A stretch of 64,000 nucleotides of DNA from Thermoplasmata archaeon (lineage in GTDB: Archaea > Thermoplasmatota > Thermoplasmata > RBG-16-68-12 > JAFNFQ01): positions 31,896-95,895 of the forward strand of contig JBGPQV010000009.1 in assembly GCA_041489255.1 (NCBI GenBank), given 5' to 3'. Within the stretch, counting starts at the first letter, position 1, and each line of letters begins with the position of its first letter. Positions 11,301 to 19,070 of the stretch are shown here, one piece after another. Under the pieces are notes generated by a model. It was not told the DNA's origin. It saw only the letters and a list, made by a program, of their open reading frames with translations, and made no database searches. The position numbers and the translations under genes are program-made.

Positions 11301-13008
11301 CGTGCAGGGCGTGGGCTTCAGCGTCGAGGGTGCGACCAAGCTCCGCGTCGACCCTTACAACATATCGAAGGTGTACCTGAACTGGAACCTGCAGGGGAGC
11401 ACGAAACCTGGCAGGATGCTCGGCGCTCTCTACATCGGTCCCTCGAACGCGCCACTCATGATACTGGTCCCGATAACGCTGGTCATCGACTTCACTGCAC
11501 CGAAGATCACCAAGTTCTCCGTTACGGCGACAGGCGACAACCGCGTGGACGCCGCAACGGGCAGGACGACGAACGACAGGATGCCGAGTCTCGTCCTCGA
11601 GGTGAGGGACGACGACAGGGGCGAGCTGGACCCCGCGAGCGTCAGGACATACATGGACGGGGAGAACGTCACAGCATGGACTTCTGTCTCCTTCGCATTC
11701 AGCCCCCACCCGACCAGCGCGGTCCTTGGCCGGTGGAGCGGGAGCATCCGGTACGTGCCGATAAGGCCGCTCAGCCCGGGGCCCCACTTGTTCAAGGCCT
11801 CGGTGGCTGATGTTGCCGGGAACTTTGTCGATAGGGACTATGTCTTAGTGATCGACCCCGATGCCCCGCCAATATCCATAGAAGGCCCGCCGGTCCGGTA
11901 CACGAACGTCTCTGATGCGGAGATCCGCGGGACCACGGAGCCGGGCGCGACCGTCGTCATGGGGAACGCGACAGTCGTGGCCGATCAGGACGGGGCTTTC
12001 TCCTTCAATGTGCGCCTCACTCCAGGGATCAACGAGTACACCGCAAGGGCGACCGACTGGTTTGCGGCAGGCACTGGAGGAACGCAGGTCAGCGGCAATT
12101 ACGCCGATGCCGCGATCAGGATAGTCTATGACACCGTACCGCCGGAGCTGCAGGCGGCGATTTCTCCGTCCCTGGTCACGAGCGGCGAGGCCGTCATGGT
12201 CTGGGGGCAGGTGAGCGACAGCGCCTCGACGATCGAACTGGACCCGACCACGGTGAGGGTGACCGTGAACGGAAACGACATCCACGTCAGCGCGGACGGG
12301 AAGTTCTCGGTGTGGGTCACGTTGTCGCTCGAAGGCGACAACCTGATCACGATCACCGCGACGGACCTTGCGGGCAACACCGCCAGCCAGGAAATCACGG
12401 TCACAAGGGATACAGAACCGCCAATCCTCGTGCTCGATGACATCCCCCGTGTTGTGACAGAAAGCACCGTCACGGTCTCCGGGAGGACGTCGTCAGGGAT
12501 GAGGGCGAAGGTGAACGGGTTCGAGGCTCCCGTGAACCCTGACGGGACATTCTCGAAGCAGGTGCAGCTCAGCTACGGCATGAACTACATCGTGGTCAGG
12601 GTGACCGACGATGCCGACAACGTCAACGAGATGAAGGTCGGAGTGTATTACGCCTCCAGCTTTGCGCCGGAATCGGGGGCGCCAGGCGGCTACCTCAACA
12701 TGTCCCCGGGGGTGTGGGCGGCGATTGCCGTGGTGCTCGGCGTTGTGATCGGGCTGGTTCTCTCCATTCTCTTCAAGCCCAAGGGTGGAACGAAGGGCGA
12801 ACCCCAGGAGGGCGAGGCCGTGGAAGTGGAGGGCGAGGAGAAGCCGAAGGAGGAAGAGGCTCCGAAGAAAGAGGTTCCACCTGAGACCGAGCCGACGAAG
12901 CCCGCAGAGGACAAGAGGGAGGCTGCGCTGCGCAAGGCCCTCGAGGACGGGAAGATCAACAAGGAGGTCTACGAGAAGAACCTGGCCCGCATCAAGGGGA
13001 AGGCATAG
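5398..13008 (+). CDS. Giant membrane-anchored S8 (pyrolysin-like) serine protease with WD40 insert and C-terminal Ig-like repeats
   Basis: Signal peptide; catalytic IAIVDDG, KHGTLMAS, SAGNDG and SGTSLSSP; GH...WD repeats at about 7190-8150; Ig-like NxITITATDLAGN repeats; C-terminal TM plus charged tail. Confidence 0.9.
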   Translation: MLKTSLLALLVLVLLVVPSVPYVQGTHVAGVEESGQAISLDSTADQTQGWTQTSIEDTLVADAGKQFVDVVVFTSDAGELGRALSSMPHQGVVGTASGGGFSTPRIQVPAWALERIKSLPSTIGVYDYESPERQIMDDAEIMSGEGVVPTNIDSVNNHKAPAAWARGYRGEGTEIAIVDDGIDFAHPDLLGTVARYNASEVPQATLNQKPWLGTYDGWPIAYDPTSMSGWFAKGGKAEGTWYANTTSTDDTVWHTIKVDGKNDFWTDGSEKIGSDSNSDIVEINGTETRQDYNLIDLWATQDQNNWYFAFSSKANHSTMNFGLYINTTSSPPWTAGATYDPVNGNLITPVSNHTPEFAIYMTHNGGQLPGHYDKNDTIDNATVWKWIGSAWGSPVNVTDSPINGQFGYGKYDFKKGVGFVEIMIPKSYLGNPPGVSVELFTTGTNVSHAQDTCYEDPNVNFANPDWSSTPTQLSAFVQVERSFWHHTRNKVGDRATLSWPIHYITTGTSKSGSYFFGDHPDKNLPQTRVLVVDEAAAGVYDTVYDTVYVDLDHNKDFHNDKALKKLGKYDASLNWHPVDWNGQGTIYDETSYMDFYDPGGAVRTVAYSSDGKWLVSGGEDHQVVLWDTSNWAIKWSTNPRDGRPVSSAFSPDSNSVAVGFHDASGGRYYVVIWDVATGTITHTLAGHTGSVNGLAWSQDGTKIASASSDGTGRIWVVATGSYIELAGHTNAVTGVAWRWSDNIVATSSLDGTIRLWDSSGTSTARLVYGPPLSAVDFNPTGTILAAASFDGNVTLWNTVTRLFSAAAAHGGNGVLSVKFNNTGTGLVTTSNVTGDFDATVVTWDVVAWDNFFPRASGASACYESARGYRSPAGAFAANGTQVASACGSSSIKLWDNNLRLQGTLRGHRIGVTDYTIWDAGDGLPDISGGMIYFIAQNYYYAATTSWGTPIPYSDAYKSRNGQENLFIPVNGTLVAFMGEMDLGNKHGTLMASSIVGRGASRYYDSTTTIPYPMKEPTAPQVVGIAPAAKLVPIANVYTSSVFEGWWFTVQGYDGAPASGDEPQIAANGLSFSSTFEDGWDFYSRFADWITMVYASGSVAFTMSAGNDGNGYGTVTSPGSGAGVISVGASTDFFYRKASGLEGGSSQSYGDVVPFSSRGPTALGAPDPHMLANGRMSYGSTPLNLVIPYNGQIASELWSGTSLSSPLAAGILAMTEQAYKQKHGHWPDAATAKSLLMSSCDDINYDAYSQGAGFLNADRATKLAEESEGFYVTPSLWTPGNYSGQKYEAFTSLLDPGSSDSQTFTIGNIHQTAARTANLSAEIFHRFSQVDLAVNTLADFTGVAIDNYVTLSVLSPAAQTLGGPGAYQLIPPTVMKKRASINVADWIRADLLRVTISANFTSLDGDGDGILGGSKDFTYNIDLYDWTWDGLNPIMPHTGNFADLNRMTINHPTANVVQATIRNPAMRTHDGLVVGIRRFPYGAKDIYFRISIEFFEKTTWSPFLTLDNNSVNVPPNSNATFTATVNVPSNIPIGSYEGSIYVKGNPQHDIKTWEVVRTNTKYAALNQFNIVSIAVWRGAVKLRPGIDYVAYNDTGVVEFKIVLGLGNIMKVDYWYDQVVTIPVSVTVPAHGVIFNWSAGQVPGQDEFYSNVISAGFGLGGQSGDWRFYPTLLPQGGLYDLSKTLRFIAEVSWDLNRTDIDVFSFGPGGSVVAVGSDLSTQRYGPFLVGRNNGGSTTTALVFTTTGGNMEIASPAFAGGLNIIAVHVVHMNGLRYRENVSGEVGLFGLNPKELTVVTNKLYGRRAFQIFSTMSWPGIGAVSAGPAPPERYMNEHIKQDSTEGTDFVSILSKGSYTRLVRVKPSALIFSANTSSDQGYTDKPCSDLDLGVFLDGKGPGNVPDGIAQPEEFVVYSAGQSATEEVRLIRPTVEDDPDTPSINEMEVGAPYLIKVLGYIVPWAPYGTFNVDVTLVQGVGFSVEGATKLRVDPYNISKVYLNWNLQGSTKPGRMLGALYIGPSNAPLMILVPITLVIDFTAPKITKFSVTATGDNRVDAATGRTTNDRMPSLVLEVRDDDRGELDPASVRTYMDGENVTAWTSVSFAFSPHPTSAVLGRWSGSIRYVPIRPLSPGPHLFKASVADVAGNFVDRDYVLVIDPDAPPISIEGPPVRYTNVSDAEIRGTTEPGATVVMGNATVVADQDGAFSFNVRLTPGINEYTARATDWFAAGTGGTQVSGNYADAAIRIVYDTVPPELQAAISPSLVTSGEAVMVWGQVSDSASTIELDPTTVRVTVNGNDIHVSADGKFSVWVTLSLEGDNLITITATDLAGNTASQEITVTRDTEPPILVLDDIPRVVTESTVTVSGRTSSGMRAKVNGFEAPVNPDGTFSKQVQLSYGMNYIVVRVTDDADNVNEMKVGVYYASSFAPESGAPGGYLNMSPGVWAAIAVVLGVVIGLVLSILFKPKGGTKGEPQEGEAVEVEGEEKPKEEEAPKKEVPPETEPTKPAEDKREAALRKALEDGKINKEVYEKNLARIKGKA

Positions 13009-13050
13009 GGCGCAAAGCTATTCTACCGGAGGCGGTTAGGCACCGCCCAA

Positions 13051-13122
13051 GGGCCGATAGATCAGTGGAAGATCGCCGCCTTCGCAAGGCGGAAGCCGTG
13101 GGTTCAAATCCCACTCGGTCCA
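13051..13122 (+). tRNA. tRNA-Ala(CGC)
   Basis: Acceptor GGGCCGA/TCGGTCC with G3:U70, anticodon arm CCGCC-TTCGCAA-GGCGG and T-arm GTGGG-TTCAAAT-CCCAC. No encoded CCA. Confidence 0.95.
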
Positions 13123-13284
13123 CTTCACTCTGGGGAACGACCTTCGAACATGCAGAATGATGAAGATCCGCTAGCGCAAGAATCGTGGAATCAAGATGGC
13201 TCTAGATTTCGAGCGCGTCGAAGCGTCTTCCCGCTGAGCGCAATGATGAGTGCATACGAGGGAACCCTGCTCCAATGCGATCCG

Positions 13285-15633
13285 TCAAGGTTCCTTCAGA
13301 CGCCCGAAGCGGCCGAGCTGGTCCTGTTCCTTTCTAAGCTGCTCCTTGTATATCCAGAAAAGGACCAGAAGGCACCCGACCGCCAGCGCGACGGTGATCA
13401 CCCCGCAAGCGCTCACGAGGTATAGGCCCGACTCCTCCACGGTGTCTGCCTGGTTGCCGACGAAGACGTTGTCGCTGAGCACCATGTGGCTCGCGCTGTC
13501 GTACCTTATGGCGTAGTTGCTGTTGTGCTCGAAGTAGTTGGAGCGGACTATGGGGCTTGAGCTCTGCACGACGACGCCGTGGAGGTTGTCGATGAAGGAA
13601 TTGCTCTCGATGAGTGCGTCCGAGCCTTCTGCGACTATCATCGCGTAGTTGCAGTTCTCTATCCTGTTGCCGACGATGCGCGCCTTGGAGCCATGCATCT
13701 CGATCCCGTCGTCGCCCGCGTCGGAGATGGTCGAGTTGGCGATGGTCGGATTCGAATTCATGATTAGGATTCCGTTGAGCCTGGCGTCGGGGAACCTCGT
13801 CGCGTTGATTATGACATCGCTGGAATATATCTCCAGGCCGCCATTGAAGTTCTCCTGCTTCGGGTCCGCCCAGACCCCGGAGATCAGGCTGTTGTCAATT
13901 ACCGCAGCTCCCATTATCTCAAACGTGTAAGTGAAATCGGAGCTCGAGCTCAGCACCTTGGAGTCGGCGCTGATGAAGAGCGTCCCGCCATCGGCGACCC
14001 ATATGCCGAACTCCTTGTCGGAGGAGAGGTTCATGATCAGCGACGTGTTGACGAGCTGGAGGATCTGGCCCGCGTCGACCAGAACCCAATCGTTCACATT
14101 GATTGTGGCGTTCACATAGGTGCCCGGCGCGAGGCTGCTGGAGGCCGGCTTCGGCTCGATGTAGATTGCCGACTGCGGGGTGGCGGGAACCGAGGCGGCT
14201 ATCTCCAGCCCTATGCTGATGAAGAAGAAGGCCAGCGCCACCGCGATGATGGCGGCGGGGACCTTGATGTTCAGCCTTCTTGGCACGATCTTCTGCATCT
14301 TCGTCATCCTGAACGTCATGTATGTGACCGCGAGCATGACGAAGATCGGCATGACGAGTCCGAGACCGGAAAACACGAGGGAGGTTGACTGACCCGAGAA
14401 GGTGTACAGGATGAACAGCGCGCTGATGACTACCGCGACAATGGCGGAGGTCGCGTAGAGCCCGTATTCCATCTTCCTCGAGGAGACGGCCTCTTCGGGC
14501 GACACCTCGCCCTTTACGACGAACTCCTCCCGCCCGAGCTTGGCTTTAATCGTGTCGAGCATCTCCGGGAAGCCGCGCATCTTCTTCCTGATCGCGATGC
14601 TCTGCCTCGGGTTGTTTGTCCTGAAGATGTAGATCCGGCCGTCAATGAAATTGCCCATCTCCGTGACGTCGAGCAACTCGCCGAATGAGTAGAAGAAAGT
14701 CCGCCCGCCGAATGGCGCGGTCGCTTCAATCCCGTTCTCATAGATCTTGACGGGTTTCAGTCTCCGACTCATGAACATGAGCACGATGCCGACGGCGGCG
14801 AGCATCGGACCGAAGACGAAGAACATCATCAACAGGAGGAAGAAGAGCGTCGGGAGCCTCACGGCGAGGAGCGCGACCCCTACGCCCGCGATCACGATGC
14901 CGATGCCGACGAGCAATGCACCGCCTCTGACGAAGGCCTGCGCCCTTTCCGCGATGTCCTCTTGACTCTCCTGGAGCAGCAGCTTGCCTTTGCCCTCGAC
15001 CGCGGTCTTTGGCGGGGGCATCCCGAACGGTCTCGTCTCGGACGGTCGCGGGATTCCCGGAGTCCGCATGCTCTTGTGGATGAGGAGCTCGCCCTCCATG
15101 AAGTTGCCCAAGAGCGTCTCGTTCTCGCGGTAGGTCTGGTACCACCGCGGGCCCATCGCCTGCTTGAGCACGGGGACAATCCGCTCGAAGTCGTGTGCTC
15201 TCGAGCTGACGAGGAGCACCATCGAGCTCTCCGTCTCTATCTGCACCGCCTTGAAAGACGCGTGGCCGGTCCAGATCGAGTCGGTCTTCGTGAATGGGTT
15301 CTCAATCTTCACGGGGTAGATGTCGGATATCTCTGACCAGGGCACGAAGACGTACTTACCTTTCTTGCCCAGGCTGAATTTGGCGTAGATGCCGTTCTGG
15401 TAGATCGCCATGCCGTCATGCGAGACGAGCTTGCGCTTGTACAGAGGAGAACCCTGAGGTCTCGCCTTAGGTTTCATCGCCCTGTATCTCCCGTTCGCTT
15501 CCTTCAGGGCATTGACCTGCGTCTTGTCGAGCTTGAGCCAGCCGTGGACCACGGAGCCGTAGCGCTTGATCCCGTACCAGAGCGCCAGGGGAATGCCGAA
15601 GGCGACTGCAAAGATCGCGATATCCTCAATCAC
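13285..15633 (-). CDS. Membrane protein with right-handed parallel beta-helix (NosD-like) domain
   Basis: Several TM segments, two IY(Q/E)NGI..F..(W/F).E motifs, NxIxxN beta-helix repeats and a C-terminal TM. Confidence 0.75.
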   Translation of the reverse strand: MIEDIAIFAVAFGIPLALWYGIKRYGSVVHGWLKLDKTQVNALKEANGRYRAMKPKARPQGSPLYKRKLVSHDGMAIYQNGIYAKFSLGKKGKYVFVPWSEISDIYPVKIENPFTKTDSIWTGHASFKAVQIETESSMVLLVSSRAHDFERIVPVLKQAMGPRWYQTYRENETLLGNFMEGELLIHKSMRTPGIPRPSETRPFGMPPPKTAVEGKGKLLLQESQEDIAERAQAFVRGGALLVGIGIVIAGVGVALLAVRLPTLFFLLLMMFFVFGPMLAAVGIVLMFMSRRLKPVKIYENGIEATAPFGGRTFFYSFGELLDVTEMGNFIDGRIYIFRTNNPRQSIAIRKKMRGFPEMLDTIKAKLGREEFVVKGEVSPEEAVSSRKMEYGLYATSAIVAVVISALFILYTFSGQSTSLVFSGLGLVMPIFVMLAVTYMTFRMTKMQKIVPRRLNIKVPAAIIAVALAFFFISIGLEIAASVPATPQSAIYIEPKPASSSLAPGTYVNATINVNDWVLVDAGQILQLVNTSLIMNLSSDKEFGIWVADGGTLFISADSKVLSSSSDFTYTFEIMGAAVIDNSLISGVWADPKQENFNGGLEIYSSDVIINATRFPDARLNGILIMNSNPTIANSTISDAGDDGIEMHGSKARIVGNRIENCNYAMIVAEGSDALIESNSFIDNLHGVVVQSSSPIVRSNYFEHNSNYAIRYDSASHMVLSDNVFVGNQADTVEESGLYLVSACGVITVALAVGCLLVLFWIYKEQLRKEQDQLGRFGRLKEP

Positions 15634-16040
15634 AGTCTCATCTCCGCGCAGCTCTTCTGGTGGCTCTCCGATACCTTCCTGCTATTGAACATCTTGCCGC
15701 AGTGCTTGCACGCGAAGTCCCCCGCAATGGCGGCGAGTTCCGGGTTTCCCATGCGGTAGACGGTCATGAGCGAGATTCCCAATCCGGCGAAGAGCAGGAC
15801 CGTGAAGAACACCATGAACACGGTCTGCAGCATCTCCTTGTTGGGGAGAAGGACGAGGAGGGAGAGGAAGACCACGCCGAAAACGCCGTACATTACCGCC
15901 ATCACCCAGATCCTGCCGGCGGCCTCTGGCCTCACCGCGGTTGGCGGGGCCTGGATGGGCTTGCTCGCCCTGGGAGGTGAGAAACCTTGCGTCCTCGGAG
16001 TCATCCCCATGAATCCTGCCCCCTGCAGAGGCTGAAGCAT
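15630..16040 (-). CDS. Small two-TM protein with C-terminal C2H2-like zinc finger
   Basis: Two hydrophobic helices then FACKHCGKMFNSRKVSESHQKSC. Its stop overlaps the next gene's GTG start. Confidence 0.7.
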   Translation of the reverse strand: MLQPLQGAGFMGMTPRTQGFSPPRASKPIQAPPTAVRPEAAGRIWVMAVMYGVFGVVFLSLLVLLPNKEMLQTVFMVFFTVLLFAGLGISLMTVYRMGNPELAAIAGDFACKHCGKMFNSRKVSESHQKSCAEMRL

Positions 16041-16320
16041 GCTCCATGGTCAAATGCTTTGCGCTGGAGGCGGCGTTGTCAAATCTTCAGGGATGAGAAC
16101 CGCCAGGAATCGTATCGACCGCCCTACACATATGGAGAACGATCATTCGCTGAGATTAGGTCTCAGCCCGAATATCCCTAGGTTTTTGACAACGTCGCTG
16201 GAGGCATGGGCGTAATCGTCACCGCAGGGACGCCCGTCGAGCATTCGCTCGTGATTAGCCGGCCCCGTTCGGGACCGCGAATCCTCATGCACGGTCCCTG
16301 GATCGGATTCTCGCCCAATC

Positions 16321-18975
16321 CTAGCTGTTCGGCACGGCCCAGTTGACATCGCTGCTCACGCGGATCATGTAGGCGTAGCCGACCACCAGGTGTGTTGATG
16401 CCCAGTCGTTCCTGAGTACCTTCTGCAGGTAGTACGGCCCCGCGCTCGCGTCGTACATCTCCACGAGCTGCAGCAGTCCTCCAGTGGCGGTGTTGAGATC
16501 CGCGAAAGTGTATGTCTGATTGAACGTGGGAAAGCCGATCATGTTCCAGCCGCTCTTGAGGCTCACGACAATGTCCTTCGGGACAAGGCCAGCCACAGTC
16601 ATCGTGCCTGGACCGTCGAGATCGACCCAGAAGCCCTGCACCACACTGAGATGTGTCAGGCTGTTGATGAACAGACCAGGCTTATGACACCACCATGGGT
16701 TCGGCGTGCCGGCGATGTATGTCCTCACGTAGTTGTAGCTGAAGGTCTGGAAGACGACTGCCGGGTCATCGTCCGCCTGCAGCAGCGGGAAGGAGACGAG
16801 CTGCTTCCCCGTCGTCATGCTCCTGTAGAACTTGGCGGCGAGATCCGAACACGGGCTGTCGTACATGTATGAGCTCGCGACGACGCAGTAGAAGAAGTTG
16901 AGGTAGGACCCATGGCCCGCGCCGGAGTCAGTGTACGAGTAGCTCAGCAGTCCGGTCGCTGGGACGATTGCTATCTGGGCGAAGGGCCCCTGCACGGTGC
17001 TTGACTTGAGGACTTTGTATGCGATGACGTTGTGGTTTCCCCCTCCGTCATCGGGAGAGGCATTCCAGTGGAGCGTGACATCGGTGAAGCCTGGCCCCGT
17101 CAGCTCTGCTTCCGTTATCTGCGGTGCGCGCGGCGGTACCTCGTTCACAGCGCAGACATCGACGTAGCCGCCGGCGCCCCAGTTGCCGACGCTGTCCCTG
17201 CCGTGGATCCAGAAGCGGTGACAGGAGCCGACCGACCATCCGGCGGCGGTGTCGTTCGCCCAGAGCCAGGCGGTCTCGGTCTTGCTCCTGTTGACGCCTG
17301 TCAGGTTCATGGCCCACGCGTCCGTCCAGTCGACCATTGCCGGGTCGTTCACAGTCGTGTCCGTTATCACCAGCTCTGCGGCGTCTATGTAGCGCGAACC
17401 GGTCCGGGAATCGTCTATGGTCGCTCTTACTTCGAGCGACGTGGAGAAGCCGACCAGATACGGATTGGGGATGGTCATCGCGTTGCGCGTGATTGGGCCG
17501 GTGGTGTCGTTACCGGCTTGCGAGCTTGCGCCAATCGTCACGTAGATGTTCGTGTCCCCGTCCCTGTTGTCCTGCCAGGCGATCGCCAGATCGACAGCAC
17601 CAATGTAGACCGTGGTAGCCTTCTCGTCGTTGACGGCGGTGCCTGCGTTGTCGCTCACCTTCTGCGGGCCGGTCCAGGTGCCTCCGGTGTCCGCGCTCAC
17701 CATTTCGGTCATCACGGAATCAGAGTAGTAGGCTATATGGGAAGTTCTGCTGACGCCCGCCACCGAGACGGAGCGCTGGTCGGTTATTGCGGCGTCGAGC
17801 TGGACGGCGGTGGGCATAGAGAGCCAGCCGTCCGTCGTACTGAAGGAGATGATTCTGTGCCCGGTCGGGTCTGAAGGAAGCTGGAATGATCCGGCGAGGA
17901 CTGATTTGACCCCGTCCGATGCCCCTGCAGCGAAGATGCCGTCGGTCGAGTTGGCATTGGACTCCCAGCCGTTCACGATCGTCCCGGCATCTTCGGTCAT
18001 GAAAATCCACAAGAGTTTCCACTGTGCGTCATCGATGGTCTCCATGTCCATCGCCATGACGTAGTCGTGGCTGCCCCACCATGCGGACGGATGCAGCGGA
18101 TCGGGCAAGCCTGAGGTGCCGTTCGGCGCGGCGGCGACATTCCAGCGGTATCCGCCAAGGCTGAGAGTCCAGCCCATGACGTCGTTGGCGAACTCCTCGC
18201 CGAACCAGAACGCCGTGTGCGCCCCGCCATCGCAGCCCACTGTAGCGGTGCAATATGCCTGTGCCTGGAACATGATGCCGTCCGGGTATGCGCCCACATT
18301 CCTCTGAGCGATGACCGTGGGGAATTGAATGTCAGTCATCGTCCCGCTCCACATGCCGCCGATGTCAAGACTGTATCCGAGGAAGTTCTTACCGTTGGTT
18401 GAGTGGGCGAACGGCATGACGCTCGGCTGCGAAGCGTCCTGCCACGTCACGATGACCGTGCCCTGAGACGTGATCGCGATGGACGGGTTGGTCTCGTCGC
18501 CGTCGGCATTCCAGAACGGCTGAGTATCCCACGGCGTGCTGTTGTCCGGAGCGACCGACATGTAGATGTCCCAGTCCGCTCCGTTGAAGTGCTGGAACAC
18601 GAGGAACCAGGCTCCGTCCATCGCGCTTCCGATGGCGGGGTATTGGGCCATGCTCGGCCTCGTCTGCTCGTTCGCGTCTCCCCAGACGCGTACGTTCGGA
18701 TCGAAGGGCGGGTCGCCTGGCGGTGGTCCTCCCTCCTGTGAATGCCTCCAATCGATCGTCATCCTCGCTCCTGTTGGCTGGGCCTTCAGCGATTCTGCCG
18801 AGAATTTCTGGACCGCCGGAGGAGCAATCCGCTGGACTCCCATGGGTTCAGTATCTGATGGGGTTTCAGCCCCCGCACCCGGCGTCCTGCCGAGATACGC
18901 GAACGAGCTGGCCGTCACCAAGCCAATCAAGAGAAGGACAGTGCTGGCTCTTGCCAATTCAATGTCGTTCCTCAT
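16321..18975 (-). CDS. Secreted/surface protein with BNR-like propeller region and fibronectin-III domain
   Basis: RBS AGGAGG, signal peptide, SADTGGTW Asp-box-like motif, FnIII-like DVTLHWNASPDD...YSYTD, and C-terminal GWNMIGFP repeat. Confidence 0.75.
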   Translation of the reverse strand: MRNDIELARASTVLLLIGLVTASSFAYLGRTPGAGAETPSDTEPMGVQRIAPPAVQKFSAESLKAQPTGARMTIDWRHSQEGGPPPGDPPFDPNVRVWGDANEQTRPSMAQYPAIGSAMDGAWFLVFQHFNGADWDIYMSVAPDNSTPWDTQPFWNADGDETNPSIAITSQGTVIVTWQDASQPSVMPFAHSTNGKNFLGYSLDIGGMWSGTMTDIQFPTVIAQRNVGAYPDGIMFQAQAYCTATVGCDGGAHTAFWFGEEFANDVMGWTLSLGGYRWNVAAAPNGTSGLPDPLHPSAWWGSHDYVMAMDMETIDDAQWKLLWIFMTEDAGTIVNGWESNANSTDGIFAAGASDGVKSVLAGSFQLPSDPTGHRIISFSTTDGWLSMPTAVQLDAAITDQRSVSVAGVSRTSHIAYYSDSVMTEMVSADTGGTWTGPQKVSDNAGTAVNDEKATTVYIGAVDLAIAWQDNRDGDTNIYVTIGASSQAGNDTTGPITRNAMTIPNPYLVGFSTSLEVRATIDDSRTGSRYIDAAELVITDTTVNDPAMVDWTDAWAMNLTGVNRSKTETAWLWANDTAAGWSVGSCHRFWIHGRDSVGNWGAGGYVDVCAVNEVPPRAPQITEAELTGPGFTDVTLHWNASPDDGGGNHNVIAYKVLKSSTVQGPFAQIAIVPATGLLSYSYTDSGAGHGSYLNFFYCVVASSYMYDSPCSDLAAKFYRSMTTGKQLVSFPLLQADDDPAVVFQTFSYNYVRTYIAGTPNPWWCHKPGLFINSLTHLSVVQGFWVDLDGPGTMTVAGLVPKDIVVSLKSGWNMIGFPTFNQTYTFADLNTATGGLLQLVEMYDASAGPYYLQKVLRNDWASTHLVVGYAYMIRVSSDVNWAVPNS

Positions 18976-19070
18976 AGTCCTTCCTCCTTGCATTTGAGCT
19001 CCGATCGAGCTCTCTCGCTCTCACTGAATGAATAATCAATTCCGGATATTGCATCGTTAAGTCCCCCTCC

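Noticed and set aside
13051-13122. tRNA-Ala as the island's integration site
   Set aside because: I found no duplicate of its 3' end and no integrase in the window, and downstream genes look host-like
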